From the NCBI GenBank assembly GCA_965242725.1, contig CBDESZ010000027.1, forward strand, positions 32,001 through 96,000: DNA of 64,000 bases, given 5' to 3'. Shown one piece after another: positions 19,650 to 29,986 of this stretch. This DNA is from Alkalispirochaeta sp. (GTDB lineage Bacteria > Spirochaetota > Spirochaetia > DSM-27196 > Alkalispirochaetaceae). The translations under genes were made by a program, and so were the position numbers. The notes under the pieces are model-generated. The model made no database searches. It was not told the DNA's origin and saw only the letters and a program-made list of their open reading frames with translations. Numbering within the stretch: position 1 is the stretch's first letter; the number at the start of each line of letters is the position of its first letter.

Positions 19650-20644
19650 TCTATTCCCTTCCTTCGTCCCAGCGGGACGGAATGAATGATCACAACCATT
19701 GACAACAGAAGGAGAGAAATAAGGACAAATACGGAGTACCGTTCCTCGCCGATTCGCCGGAAGAGCACTTCCGACCCGTCGCCGACTCGACGTTGTAGTT
19801 CATCGACAATTCCCTGGGTCACCGCCGTATCGGTCAGCCGGAAGAGGCGGCCATCGGAGAGATCCGCAATTCTCTGGAGGACCGCCTCGTCCACACCTAC
19901 TACGACGGGATTTCCGTCTTCGTGACGCAGGACATCTCCCGACGGGAGCGGAATCGTCGCACCTGCAGACGTGCCCGCCTGCACGGCAATGATCGGTATG
20001 CTTCCGTTGCGCAGTTCCTCGGAAATATCATTCACCGAGTCCTGCAGCTCGTCACCGTCGGAAAAGAGGATCACGATCCGGTGTCGGGGGCTTCCCTCGG
20101 GAAATGCGTCCAACGCCGCGGTCAAACCGTCGCGTATGCTGGTACCGGCGGACGTAATCAGTCCTCCCGAGAGGTTTGACATCGCAAGCTCAAAGGCGAC
20201 GCTGTCTTCAGTCATCGGTACGAGGACCGTTGCGGCTCCCTTGAATATGATCACACTTGAATGTGCCTCGGGAAAACGGCCTGCAATTGCCCGGGCCACC
20301 GAACGGCTCCGGGCAAGTCGAGAAGGTTCGATATCTTCCGCGAGCATGCTGTTAGAAACGTCGATGACGTACGCTATTTCCAGACCTCGGCGATCATCTT
20401 CAACGGTCTCCTCACCCCATTCGGGCTCGGCGGCAGCAATGATCAATCCTGCAAAGGCCCCGGCGACGAGCACGGCAGAGACAAAATACCGCACTGAATA
20501 AATATTGGTCACATCTTTCCGGCGAAGCTCCCCGGATAGACGTAATATGTGGTTAAGGCTGTTGCGTAGAATGAACACTCCGACGATACCGCCGAAGGGT
20601 ATCACCAACAACACCCACAGGTACTCCGGATAGCCGAAGGTCAT
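19646..20644 (-). CDS. batB: VWA-domain protein, BatB-like
   Basis: MIDAS DVSNSMLAED, PSRL, FSDGD. Confidence 0.85.
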   Translation of the reverse strand: MTFGYPEYLWVLLVIPFGGIVGVFILRNSLNHILRLSGELRRKDVTNIYSVRYFVSAVLVAGAFAGLIIAAAEPEWGEETVEDDRRGLEIAYVIDVSNSMLAEDIEPSRLARSRSVARAIAGRFPEAHSSVIIFKGAATVLVPMTEDSVAFELAMSNLSGGLITSAGTSIRDGLTAALDAFPEGSPRHRIVILFSDGDELQDSVNDISEELRNGSIPIIAVQAGTSAGATIPLPSGDVLRHEDGNPVVVGVDEAVLQRIADLSDGRLFRLTDTAVTQGIVDELQRRVGDGSEVLFRRIGEERYSVFVLISLLLLSMVVIIHSVPLGRRKGIE

Positions 20645-21642
20645 GGAGAAGCACCTCCAAAGAGCCTGCGGATTATGAGATCTGCCGCCAGGAGGACAAG
20701 GGCAAGGAGAATGAATCTTCTGTGGTAGGGGAAGCGGCGCACCTGCACGCGAACTCGACGTTCCGTGTCCTCCGCGGTTCCTATGGCGTTGAAGATCGCT
20801 TCAAGGGCGCCGGAACTGCCGGCGGAAAAGTAGCTTCCCCCGGAGAGATCGGCGATTCGCTCAAGCGTCTCCGCGTCGTAGCTCTCCCGCACCGTGCCCC
20901 GGTACAGCTGTCCGTCCTGGGGATTGCGCACCTCTATGCGCGCCTCCTGTCCGCTGCCGACACCGATAGTATAAATCTTGACACCCTGCCGGCCTGCCAC
21001 TTCCGCAGCCGCCTCGGGTGAAATCTCTCCTGAATTGTTGACGCCGTCCGTCAGGAGAACGATGACCTGGTTTTCCGCTCCGCTCCCCTGAAGGTGCAAC
21101 GACGCAAGGGCGAGGCCCATCCCGATTGCCGTACCGTCGCCCAGTTCCATCAGGAGCATGTCATCGAGGGACTGTAGAACCTGCTCGTGACGCAAGGTGG
21201 GCGGAACACGCAATGCAGCCTCGGCGCTGAAACCGACAAGACCAATGTGGTCATTGAGTCGTTGTCCTATAAAACGGCGGATAACGGCTTTGGCCGTCTC
21301 AAATCGGTTGGTCGGTTGCAGATCTTGCGCCGCCATACTCGCCGATTGATCGAGAACGATCACGATGTCGACGCCACGACTCAAATAGATACGCTCCCGC
21401 TCCGTCCGTGTCGGGCCCGCGGCGGCAATGACCATGAGAACCCATGCACTCCAGAACAGGAGTGCGCTGAAGCGGATCATCACGACGCGGAACGTCAGCG
21501 GCGCCTTGAACCGCTCGCCTTCCCATAGCGAGACGGGAAACGGTATACGTCCGCCCCGGCGCGGCCAGAAGTGGCGAATGTATACAAGTGCCGGCAGAAT
21601 GAGGAGAATGATCAGGTATCCCGGTCGTTCAAGAATCCACAT
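20641..21642 (-). CDS. batA: VWA-domain protein, BatA-like
   Basis: DQSASM, GTAIGMGL, LLTDGVNNSG, YTIGVG. Confidence 0.88.
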   Translation of the reverse strand: MWILERPGYLIILLILPALVYIRHFWPRRGGRIPFPVSLWEGERFKAPLTFRVVMIRFSALLFWSAWVLMVIAAAGPTRTERERIYLSRGVDIVIVLDQSASMAAQDLQPTNRFETAKAVIRRFIGQRLNDHIGLVGFSAEAALRVPPTLRHEQVLQSLDDMLLMELGDGTAIGMGLALASLHLQGSGAENQVIVLLTDGVNNSGEISPEAAAEVAGRQGVKIYTIGVGSGQEARIEVRNPQDGQLYRGTVRESYDAETLERIADLSGGSYFSAGSSGALEAIFNAIGTAEDTERRVRVQVRRFPYHRRFILLALVLLAADLIIRRLFGGASP

Positions 21643-22543
21643 TTCGTTTCTTCTGCTCCTGCAGGGTGGCTATGATCGATCGGACTTCCTCAATATGTTC
21701 GTTCCGTTCCGCGAGACTGACCCGCTTGCTCGCAAATTTAACCAGATCACCAAACTGAAAGAGCGCGACAAGGCGGGTCCGTTCATCCTCTCCAACGGCA
21801 GCTCGTTTCAAAACGCGTTCCATTTCACCGGTCGTCGCCGAGCGAACTCCCCCGTGCAGCCGCCGATCCAGGTATTCCCGACAGATATCGAGCAGCCGTA
21901 TATAGAATGTTTTTCCGTCTAATTCATTAATTTGACTGCCCAGCATCCTGATAGACTTCTGGAACGCCCGGAAGGGCCTGTTTTCACGGTAACGTGCGCG
22001 AATGGCGATGAATCTCCGCTTTCCCCACCCTCCGGTGAAAATGACGACCGTTGGAACGGCAATAAGAACGATCAGGGCGATTGAAAACTGAATATGCGTT
22101 CCCGGCAGCAGCAATTGATCCCGCACGGACTGGATGGTGCGATCCTCCCCTTCCTGAAAGACCGACGTCACAAAAGGAGAAACACCGCTTATGGTTACCT
22201 CCCCCAGACCGATCCGGGGCAGTTCACGGGTTCCCCGGAAAAACGGTTGAAAGACTACGCGAAGTTCCACACCGTCCGCGCGCTGAATCACGGTGACCGA
22301 GTGTACCGTAATCCACGGGAGCCGCGGCAGTTCCGCCGGTATGGTCAGGTTCTCGCTTTCCACGCCTCGAACGACGATACGCGCCTCCACGATGTCTCCG
22401 ACATGGTATGTCTGGGGAAGAAAGACGACGTCCGAGATCGTCTGCCCCCAGAGAGGCGGGAGTACCGCAACGGCACATACCATGATCAGCATGACGGGAC
22501 GTCGCAGAACGTGAAGAATCTCTCCCGTGACTACCCTGTTCAC
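21629..22543 (-). CDS. Hypothetical membrane-anchored protein of the Bat operon
   Basis: GTGA overlap with the DUF58 stop; signal peptide, one TM, C-terminal ATTGE...DLVKFA typical of this operon position. Confidence 0.75.
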   Translation of the reverse strand: MNRVVTGEILHVLRRPVMLIMVCAVAVLPPLWGQTISDVVFLPQTYHVGDIVEARIVVRGVESENLTIPAELPRLPWITVHSVTVIQRADGVELRVVFQPFFRGTRELPRIGLGEVTISGVSPFVTSVFQEGEDRTIQSVRDQLLLPGTHIQFSIALIVLIAVPTVVIFTGGWGKRRFIAIRARYRENRPFRAFQKSIRMLGSQINELDGKTFYIRLLDICREYLDRRLHGGVRSATTGEMERVLKRAAVGEDERTRLVALFQFGDLVKFASKRVSLAERNEHIEEVRSIIATLQEQKKRNVDS

Positions 22544-23436
22544 CGTCGTCTCCGTCGCTGAAAAAAGCCGATGAGTCGTTCCGCCACGTCGTCGACCGTG
22601 CGGATTTCTATCGCCGAAATTCCCCGACGACGACATTCCCGCAGCCATTGCCGTCGTTGACGACGCCAGAACTGTTCAAATTCGAAGCGAAATTGGCGGG
22701 ACTTTCCGTCAATATGGAGGGTGTCCGCGGTCTCGGGATCGACGGCGGTGATATGAGACAGCCGGGGCAGCTCTTCCGTAACGGGATCACTGACGCGCAC
22801 GGCGATGACATCGTGACGTCTGGCGATAAGGCTCAACTCCTGCTGATAGTCGGAGGTGAGAAAGTCCGAAATGATGACGACGATTCCCCGTCGCTTCAGT
22901 GATTCACTGACCGTCCGCAGCGCAAGGGCGAGGTTGGACCCCTCTTCTTCACTCTCGGTTGCCACTATTTCCTGGAGAAGGCGCATCGCGTGGCTCCGTC
23001 CCTTTGCCGGCGGAACCCATGAGACGATGCGTCCGGCAAAGAGCGCGCCCCCGACTTTGTCGTTGTTCTGTACCGCAGCGAGAGTCAGCAGCGCCGATGT
23101 TATCAACGCCACTTCCCTGTTGGACCGGTCCCTTGATCCGAAATTCAGCGACGACGAGATATCCACGACGAGAAAAAGCGTCATTTCCCGCTCTTCCCGA
23201 AACGTCTTGGTGAACACCTGACCGAAGCGGGAACTCACATTCCAGTCTATCAGCCGTGCATCGTCTCCTTCGACGTACTCCCGTACCTCGTCAAATTCGA
23301 TGCCCGGTCCGCGGAATACGGAACGGTAATTTCCGGCAAGGAGACTTTCCACAAGCCGTTCCGCGATGATCTGAAGACGACGAAGACGAGCGCGGCCTGG
23401 TATTTGCTGTATCGGATTGAATCGTTGTCGCGCCAT
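22540..23436 (-). CDS. DUF58 domain protein
   Basis: GIEFDEVREYVEGDDARLIDWNVSSR, FREERE, ISDF, HDVIA. Confidence 0.93.
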   Translation of the reverse strand: MARQRFNPIQQIPGRARLRRLQIIAERLVESLLAGNYRSVFRGPGIEFDEVREYVEGDDARLIDWNVSSRFGQVFTKTFREEREMTLFLVVDISSSLNFGSRDRSNREVALITSALLTLAAVQNNDKVGGALFAGRIVSWVPPAKGRSHAMRLLQEIVATESEEEGSNLALALRTVSESLKRRGIVVIISDFLTSDYQQELSLIARRHDVIAVRVSDPVTEELPRLSHITAVDPETADTLHIDGKSRQFRFEFEQFWRRQRRQWLRECRRRGISAIEIRTVDDVAERLIGFFQRRRRR

Positions 23437-23443
23437 TAAACCA

Positions 23444-24436
23444 TCACGGGACCGGGACCGAGGAAAGGAACATGTCTACCACGTCGTCGCTGTCATAATC
23501 CTCACTGTCCGCCTCATAGGACAAGACGATGCGATGGCGCAGGACGTCGGGGGCGACACTTTTTACGTCTTCCGGTATGACGTAGCTCCGTCCGGCAAAT
23601 ACGGCACGCACCTTTGCACACCGGTAGAGGAAAATACTCGCCCGGGGAGAGGCGCCGAACTCCACGTAACGAAGGGGACCGAGGGAGACGCGATCCTCAT
23701 TGCCCCTGGTGGCGGCAACAATTCTCACGATGTAGTCTTCTATCCGCTCGTCGACGGTCACTTTCGCGATGATCTCCCGAATTTTCCTGATATCACCCTG
23801 GAATATCGTTTTCTGGAGCGCGATATCCCGGGGTACACCGACGCGCCGAAGTATTTCCCGCTCCTCTTCTTCCGAGGGATAGTCTACAAAGAGTTTCAGC
23901 ATAAAACGGTCGAGCTGGGCTTCCGGGAGGGTGTAGGTCCCTTCATGTTCAATCGGATTCTGCGTAGCGAGTACGAAAAAGGGTTCGCTCAGAGGGTATG
24001 TGTTGTCGCCGATCGTGACCTGACGCTCTTCCATCGCTTCCAGCAGGGCGCTCTGTACCTTTGCAGGGGCGCGGTTGATCTCGTCGGCGAGAATGATATT
24101 GCTGAAAATGGGACCCTTGCGCGGGACGAAGTCTCCGGTCTGCTGACGATAGATCATGGTACCGATCAAATCCGCCGGCAGAAGGTCGGGAGTAAACTGA
24201 ATCCGCCTGAAATCGGCGTCCAGGACTTCGGCTAGACTTTTTACCGTGAGGGTCTTTGCCAGCCCCGGCACCCCTTCCAGGAGCACGTGGCCCCCGGCGA
24301 GAATTCCCGTAAGGAGACCGTCGATCATTTCCTTCTGTCCGACGATCCGACGGGCGAGCTCGTCCCGGGCCTTTTGAATGAGGTCCTGGGCGCGGCCGAT
24401 CTGAACGTCAAGGGTCTTATTTTCTTCTGTGGGCAT
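23444..24436 (-). CDS. moxR: MoxR family AAA+ ATPase
   Basis: HVLLEGVPGLAKT, RIQFTPDLLPAD, LADEINRA, ATQNPIE, AQLDRF, GASPRA. Confidence 0.96.
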   Translation of the reverse strand: MPTEENKTLDVQIGRAQDLIQKARDELARRIVGQKEMIDGLLTGILAGGHVLLEGVPGLAKTLTVKSLAEVLDADFRRIQFTPDLLPADLIGTMIYRQQTGDFVPRKGPIFSNIILADEINRAPAKVQSALLEAMEERQVTIGDNTYPLSEPFFVLATQNPIEHEGTYTLPEAQLDRFMLKLFVDYPSEEEEREILRRVGVPRDIALQKTIFQGDIRKIREIIAKVTVDERIEDYIVRIVAATRGNEDRVSLGPLRYVEFGASPRASIFLYRCAKVRAVFAGRSYVIPEDVKSVAPDVLRHRIVLSYEADSEDYDSDDVVDMFLSSVPVP

Positions 24437-24453
24437 AGGTTTTCCTTCTATTG

Positions 24454-25746
24454 TCAACTGCGGTAGTCCGCGTTTTCACGTACATATTCATAGCTCAAAT
24501 CGCTGCCGAGCACTCGCTGTTCCCCCGTCGGGCTCCCCCGGCCAAAGGATACCGTTATGTTGACCGGATCGGTCCATTGGGGACACCCGTGGAAGGTAGG
24601 ATCAAAGGATGTGGCAAGGAGGGCATCTGAAAGACGGCGCTCCACGTCGCCGTCCAGGAGAAATGCACCGTCTCGATAGACCAATTCGCCGAGTATGGTA
24701 ATCGACAGCGTTCGGGGATCCACCGTCCCGTCCCGATCAAGGTGATCGAGTGCGTTTCCGACGGCGGCGAGTATTCTCCCGACATTGGGGTCATTGCCGT
24801 ATATCGCCGTCTTTACCAGGGGCGAATTGACAATGTGTTTTCCGATATTCCGTGCCAATGTCGCATTGTCCACGCCTGAAACGATGACCTCAATGACGTG
24901 GGCGGTCCCTTCGCCGTTTCGCACTATGTGTTCCACCAGTTCACGTGCCACGGGCAGGAGCATTGTTTCAAGGTCGTCTTCACTCAATTCGATCCCCGAG
25001 GCGCCGTTGGCCATGAGCAGAACCATGTCACTGGTACTCTGGTCGCTGTCCACTGAAATTGTATTGAACGTCCCGTCGACGACGCGACGAAAGACGCGAT
25101 CCATGACGGCGGGGTCCACGACGGCATCGGTCATAAAAAAGGCGAGCATCGTCGCCAGATTCGGCTCGATCATCCCCGCCCCTTTGGCGACGCCGGTGAG
25201 ACAGACGCCGTCTGAGCGGCGCCACGCCACCTTTGGGTACCGGTCGGTTGTCATGATTCCCTGCGCAAAATCGACGACTCCAGACTGCTGCTGCGGAAGA
25301 CGCGGGAGCGAGTCGAGAAGTTCGGGAACGGGGAGTTTCCAGCCTATGATTCCCGTTGAGACTGAAAGCGTCCGCTCCGGGGATATCCCGAAAGTCCGCG
25401 CGAGGGAATCCGCGACGGCGCATGCATCGGCGTACCCCCTAGGACTTGCGACGTTGGAAATGCGATTATTGACGACCACGCCTGAAATGAATCCCCCGGG
25501 AAGACGTTCCCGCGCCAGAAGGACCGGTGCACCGGGAAACCTGTTCCGAGTCAACATACCGACGGCCCGCGTCTCTTCGCGGTCACTGACAATCGCGGAT
25601 ACATTCATGCGCAGCTGAGGCGATTCCGGACGTTCCCGGGGAGAAAACAGGAATGAATCTGTATAAAAGGTGAACCCTTGGGGAGTATGGCTCCGGTTTT
25701 TCAGCTCATTGATGTAACTCTGGGGATCGCAATGCTCATGAACCAT
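24454..25746 (-). CDS. argJ: Ornithine acetyltransferase / N-acetylglutamate synthase
   Basis: STGIIG, IMTTD, KGAGMIEPNLATML, VDSDQSTSD, NGEG, SPLVKTAIYGNDPNVGR, YVRENADYRS. Confidence 0.93.
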   Translation of the reverse strand: MVHEHCDPQSYINELKNRSHTPQGFTFYTDSFLFSPRERPESPQLRMNVSAIVSDREETRAVGMLTRNRFPGAPVLLARERLPGGFISGVVVNNRISNVASPRGYADACAVADSLARTFGISPERTLSVSTGIIGWKLPVPELLDSLPRLPQQQSGVVDFAQGIMTTDRYPKVAWRRSDGVCLTGVAKGAGMIEPNLATMLAFFMTDAVVDPAVMDRVFRRVVDGTFNTISVDSDQSTSDMVLLMANGASGIELSEDDLETMLLPVARELVEHIVRNGEGTAHVIEVIVSGVDNATLARNIGKHIVNSPLVKTAIYGNDPNVGRILAAVGNALDHLDRDGTVDPRTLSITILGELVYRDGAFLLDGDVERRLSDALLATSFDPTFHGCPQWTDPVNITVSFGRGSPTGEQRVLGSDLSYEYVRENADYRS

Positions 25747-25752
25747 CGCCAA

Positions 25753-25802
25753 ACTCTACCGGTGCCGTCCCGGTTGTGCAAGGTGTTTTTCCGCGCTAGA
25801 AT
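25753..25802. promoter_or_regulatory. Overlapping divergent sigma70-like promoters for argJ and the SMUG1 gene
   Basis: Minus TTGCAC-N17-TAGAGT then 6 nt to ATG 25746; plus TTGTGC-N17-TAGAAT then 7 nt to ATG 25810. Confidence 0.55.
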
Positions 25803-25809
25803 TTCATAA

Positions 25810-26592
25810 ATGGGACGGACGGAACGAAACAGCCACGAAACTCCCGGGGAGTTTATTCTCCGCAGAAGCGACGCATTTGCCAGAGAGTTGTCGAAAATCG
25901 TCCCCTCTGGACGGGTCTATTACATATACAACCCATTTGAATACGCCCGTCCCCCCTGGGCCGCCTATGTACGAAAGTTTGCCGCAACGCCAAAGAAGAC
26001 CGTATTCATCGGAATGAACCCCGGCCCGTGGGGCATGGCCCAAACGGGAATCCCCTTTGGAGAGGTCGCAACGGTCAGGGAGTGGCTTCACATTGATGAA
26101 GCGGTGGCTCAACCGTCGCGGACCCACCCCCGGCGCCCGGTTCTCGGCATGGCGTGTACCCGCAGTGAGGTAAGTGGTCGTCGGTTATGGTCACTCTTTC
26201 GGAAGCGGTTCGGTACGGCGGAACATTTTTTTACCGACCACATGGTTCTCAACTATTGTCCTTTAGTGTTTCTCGGAGAAAGCGGCGTCAATATCACCCC
26301 GGATCGCCTTCCAAAGGGAATGAGAAGTGTCCTCTTTGAGATATGTGACCGATTCCTCGCAGAGGCACTATCCTCCCTTCAGCCCGAATCGGTCGTCGCC
26401 ATAGGCGCGTTTGCCGCCAAACGGGTTGCAACGGTACGGGAGAACTTCTCCGTTACCCGCATCCTCCACCCGAGCCCGGCGTCCCCTGCGGCAAACAGGG
26501 GGTGGGCGGAGACGGCGGAGCGGCAGCTCACGGAGGCGGGAATCTGGAAGGAAGCGGTCAATCGGGACGCGCCATCTCCCACTGAACCATAA
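25810..26592 (+). CDS. SMUG1-family (family 3) uracil-DNA glycosylase
   Basis: GMNPGPWGMAQTGIPFGE, RSEVSGRR, NYCPL, LHPSPASP. Confidence 0.93.
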   Translation: MGRTERNSHETPGEFILRRSDAFARELSKIVPSGRVYYIYNPFEYARPPWAAYVRKFAATPKKTVFIGMNPGPWGMAQTGIPFGEVATVREWLHIDEAVAQPSRTHPRRPVLGMACTRSEVSGRRLWSLFRKRFGTAEHFFTDHMVLNYCPLVFLGESGVNITPDRLPKGMRSVLFEICDRFLAEALSSLQPESVVAIGAFAAKRVATVRENFSVTRILHPSPASPAANRGWAETAERQLTEAGIWKEAVNRDAPSPTEP

Positions 26593-27659
26593 CCGGAAGG
26601 TGATCCGAAACACCTCCCTCTCTCCAGCTCATCGGCGTCCCGTCGACACCGGCATTCTTTCCGTTCACAACGGTTGAAAACCGGGGATCGCTCAGGACGG
26701 GTCCGCTGACCGTATCAGTTGTGTACATGATGTGGTCAATCCGTTCCCAGCGGTCGCCATACCGGTATGAACCGGGCTCGCCCGTCTCCGCCCACCCGTC
26801 GACAAGAACGGTACGGTTGAGACGCGTGGCCAACTCCGACGCGTCCTCGGCACTCCCTGCGATGAGAAGGAACTCCTCGGTGCAGCCGGTTTCAAACCAC
26901 GACGGACCGTTCTCCGTCCCGTCCTGCCATTCCCGGACGCGACCGGCGGGCATAATGGCCGTTGGATAGGCAAACCGGACCAACTCCCCTTCCCGGCTTT
27001 CCTCATTCAGGTCACCGCAGAGGATGATCGGTGCGTCTTCCCCCAGGGAGGCCAACTCCGCCATGCGCGCCGTCACAAGCCGCGCAGATGCTCGTCGGAG
27101 CGCCTCCGTTTCCGGAGCTCCGCCGCGTTTGCTCTTCCAGTGGTTTACAAAGATCACGATCCCGGTCATGGGGAGGCGGAGATGGACCTCCAGAACGGGG
27201 CGCAGTGGCGTATCCATTTCCGCCCGGGGCAAATGCGTCCTGACCGAGGTTACGGGGTACCGCGACGCAAGGGCGACGCCGACCGCCGCGCCGGGATGGC
27301 CGGCAAAGACGCGGTAGGGATAGGGTACATCCACCACATACCGGTCAAAGAGTTCATCAAGGAGCTCCCCGTTTTCCACCTCCGCCATCGCAATGACGTC
27401 AGGCGCCGGGCGGGCGCCGGAGAGGACGGATCCTATCGCCGGCGAGGCGGTCTTCCGCTTTTTTTGTCGTCCACCCCTCGGCCGGGGTGAATTCGACATA
27501 CTCCGTACCGTCAACGACGGCATCGAAAAGATTTTCAACATTGTAAAAAAGGAGAGTAAAGGACTCCCCCGACGGTTCCAGAACGGTGCACGTGAGGCAC
27601 AGGAATCCAAAAACCACGGGGAAGAGAGCCGTGCGGGACCGAAACAGGTTGTTTCTCAT
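26558..27659 (-). CDS. Endonuclease/exonuclease/phosphatase family protein with signal peptide; frameshift near 27440
   Basis: YNVENLFD in frame 27399-27659 continues as AEVEN, VNHWKSK, GDLNE, IDH, SDHLPV in frame 26558-27610. Confidence 0.85.
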
Positions 27660-27691
27660 ACCCCCGACACGGCGGGAATTGTCGTCGTGCC

Positions 27692-28303
27692 TTAGGAATC
27701 CATCTCCAATTCACTCCGGTGATGGATGATTTTGGAAACCAGGCCGTACTCTTTCGCTTCTTCCGCGCTGAGCCAGTAGTCTCGATCGGTATCCTTCTCC
27801 ACCTGTTCAATGGGTTTCCCCGTCTCCTCGGCGATGAGCTTGTTGATTCGGCCCCGCATCTTTTCTATCTCCCGTGCGTGAATCTCAATCTCCGTTGCCA
27901 CACCACGAATCCCCGACAGGGGCTGGTGAATGAGATAGTGGGAGTTCGGAAATGCATAACGGTGTTCCTTTTTCCCCGCCAGAAGCACCAGCGCCCCGGC
28001 GCTGGCGACGAGGCCGATGCCCACCATATGGACCTCGGGTGCGATAAACCGAATGGTGTCGAAAATTGCGTATCCCGCATCGGCATCACCGCCGGGAGAA
28101 TCGATGAAGACGCGAATGGGGTCGTCACCTTCCTGTTCTAGAATAAGGAGCTGCCGGACAACCCGTTCCGCAAGCTCCTTGTTTATCTCACCGGAAAGGA
28201 GGATGGTACGGGTCTTGAGCATCTTATCAAGCAGGGGCGGCTGTTCCGGTTTTTTCTCCTCGCCGTTGTTGTCGTCTTCATATGTTACGGTGTCGTTCTT
28301 CAT
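27692..28303 (-). CDS. clpP: ATP-dependent Clp protease proteolytic subunit (second paralogue)
   Basis: IDSPGG, VASAG (Ser), IHQP (His), DRDYW (Asp). Confidence 0.95.
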   Translation of the reverse strand: MKNDTVTYEDDNNGEEKKPEQPPLLDKMLKTRTILLSGEINKELAERVVRQLLILEQEGDDPIRVFIDSPGGDADAGYAIFDTIRFIAPEVHMVGIGLVASAGALVLLAGKKEHRYAFPNSHYLIHQPLSGIRGVATEIEIHAREIEKMRGRINKLIAEETGKPIEQVEKDTDRDYWLSAEEAKEYGLVSKIIHHRSELEMDS

Positions 28304-28369
28304 AAATATCTCCAATCGTCAGGTAATTATTGTCTTTGTGGGGAGAATATACTATTAAGAGGCGTGAAC

Positions 28370-29269
28370 ATGCAAAGGAAGAACGTACACAGCGGATTTG
28401 CAATCCTCCTGGGCCGTCCGTCCTCGGGAAAATCGACCCTGGTCAACGCACTCTGCGGACACAAGGTTTCAATAGTCTCATCAATGCCACAGACGACGAG
28501 AAACACAATACGCGGCATCGTCAACCGCCCGGGAGCCCAGATCGTCCTCCTGGACACCCCGGGAATGCACGTCTCCCGACAACGGCTGAATCTGCACCTC
28601 AAACGGGTGGTGGAAGAAGCGATCCCTGAAGGTGATCTCCTGCTCTACCTCGTGGATCCTACCCGCCCGCCGGGAGAGGAGGAACGGGCCATTGCCGATC
28701 TGGCGACCGGCGCATCCGTACCCGTCATTGTCGTCATCACCAAGACGGATCACCGCGATGCCGATATCGCGGGCACGAAGGAGTTCCTGAATGAGCGGGG
28801 ACTTTCCGATCGGCCGACGGTCGAAGTCGGCGGACTCGCAGGGGGAGACTCGCCGGCGGGGCTTGAGGGGCTCATCGATATGATGATCGACATTCTTCCG
28901 GAAGGCGACCCGTGGTACCCCGACGACTACTACACCGACCAGCCGCCCCGATTCCGAATCGGCGAAATTGTCCGGGAAGCGGCGATCGTCCGTACCCGGG
29001 AAGAGGTTCCCCACGCCGTTTTTGTCGAAGTCGCGGACCTTGAGCAGAATGAAAAACGGATATGGGCACGGGTCTTCATCTTTGTTGAACGGGACTCTCA
29101 GCAGGGAATTCTCGTCGGGAAAAAGGGCTCAACAATCACCGCCATACGGGAAAGTGCTGAGCGGACGCTCTCACAGCTCTTTCCCGTACCGGTACGGCTA
29201 TCCATTCAGGTAAAAGTACGACCCAAATGGCGTCGCGATGAAGAGACGCTGAAATCTCTCATCTGGTAG
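28370..29269 (+). CDS. era: GTPase Era
   Basis: GRPSSGKST, PQTTR, DTPG, TKTD, EEVPH and a KH-like C-terminus. Confidence 0.95.
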   Translation: MQRKNVHSGFAILLGRPSSGKSTLVNALCGHKVSIVSSMPQTTRNTIRGIVNRPGAQIVLLDTPGMHVSRQRLNLHLKRVVEEAIPEGDLLLYLVDPTRPPGEEERAIADLATGASVPVIVVITKTDHRDADIAGTKEFLNERGLSDRPTVEVGGLAGGDSPAGLEGLIDMMIDILPEGDPWYPDDYYTDQPPRFRIGEIVREAAIVRTREEVPHAVFVEVADLEQNEKRIWARVFIFVERDSQQGILVGKKGSTITAIRESAERTLSQLFPVPVRLSIQVKVRPKWRRDEETLKSLIW

Positions 29270-29984
29270 GCTCCGGGGGAAGCAACTCATCGATGGAGAG
29301 GTCTTCCCGTCCGACAAATACGCGCCGTTCCGGCCGCGTGAAGATACCGTTTTCAAGGACGCCTGGGATTCCGTTTATCAGCCGCTCCAGCTCCGGAGCA
29401 TCAAATGCGGGCTCATCAAAATGAACGTCCAGGATGACATTACCGTTGTCGGTGATCACCGGCCCCGCCTTTCGCTGCGCCATTCTCAGGACCGGATCGC
29501 CCCCGAGCAGCCGCAGATCGTGCTCTACGGGAAGGCGGGCGTCGGGGATGCATTCAACGGGGATGGGAAAGATCGTTCCAAGGTGGTCCGACACCTTGGA
29601 CTCATCGACGATGACGATCAACGTCTGCGCACGGTATTCCACAACCTTTTCCCGGGTAAGTGCTCCTCCACCGCCTTTAATCACATAGAGGGTATTCCGA
29701 TCCACCTCGTCGGCACCGTCGATGGCGATATCCAGAGCGCCGTCGATGTCCGGATCGTTCATCGACCGCAGGGGAATCCCATACCGCTGCGCCTCAAGGG
29801 TTGACTCGAAGCTCGTTGGAACGGCGACAACCCCCCGGAGCGTACCGGCGGCGACGAGTTCACCGATACGCCGCACCACGTGTATGGCGGTCGAACCCGT
29901 TCCCAGTCCGACTTTCATCCCGTCCCGAACGAATCGCTCTGCGATCGTACGCCCCAGATGTTCCTTAACCGCATCGACGGCCAT
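29259..29984 (-). CDS. rpiA: Ribose-5-phosphate isomerase A
   Basis: GLGTGST, DGADEVD, KGGGGALTREK, TDNGN. Confidence 0.97.
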   Translation of the reverse strand: MAVDAVKEHLGRTIAERFVRDGMKVGLGTGSTAIHVVRRIGELVAAGTLRGVVAVPTSFESTLEAQRYGIPLRSMNDPDIDGALDIAIDGADEVDRNTLYVIKGGGGALTREKVVEYRAQTLIVIVDESKVSDHLGTIFPIPVECIPDARLPVEHDLRLLGGDPVLRMAQRKAGPVITDNGNVILDVHFDEPAFDAPELERLINGIPGVLENGIFTRPERRVFVGREDLSIDELLPPEPTR

Positions 29985-29986
29985 CC

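Noticed and set aside
16999..24436. moxR-DUF58-VWA-VWA-TPR-BatD cluster as a novel system
   Set aside because: It matches the described Bat/MoxR operon layout.
25810..27659. SMUG1 glycosylase next to an EEP nuclease as a base-excision-repair pair
   Set aside because: The genes are convergent, and the EEP protein has a signal-peptide-like N-terminus and a YNVENLFD motif suggesting an exported nuclease, not an AP endonuclease.
27692..28303. Second clpP as an inactive or unusual paralogue
   Set aside because: The Ser-His-Asp triad is present, and two ClpP genes are normal in spirochaetes.
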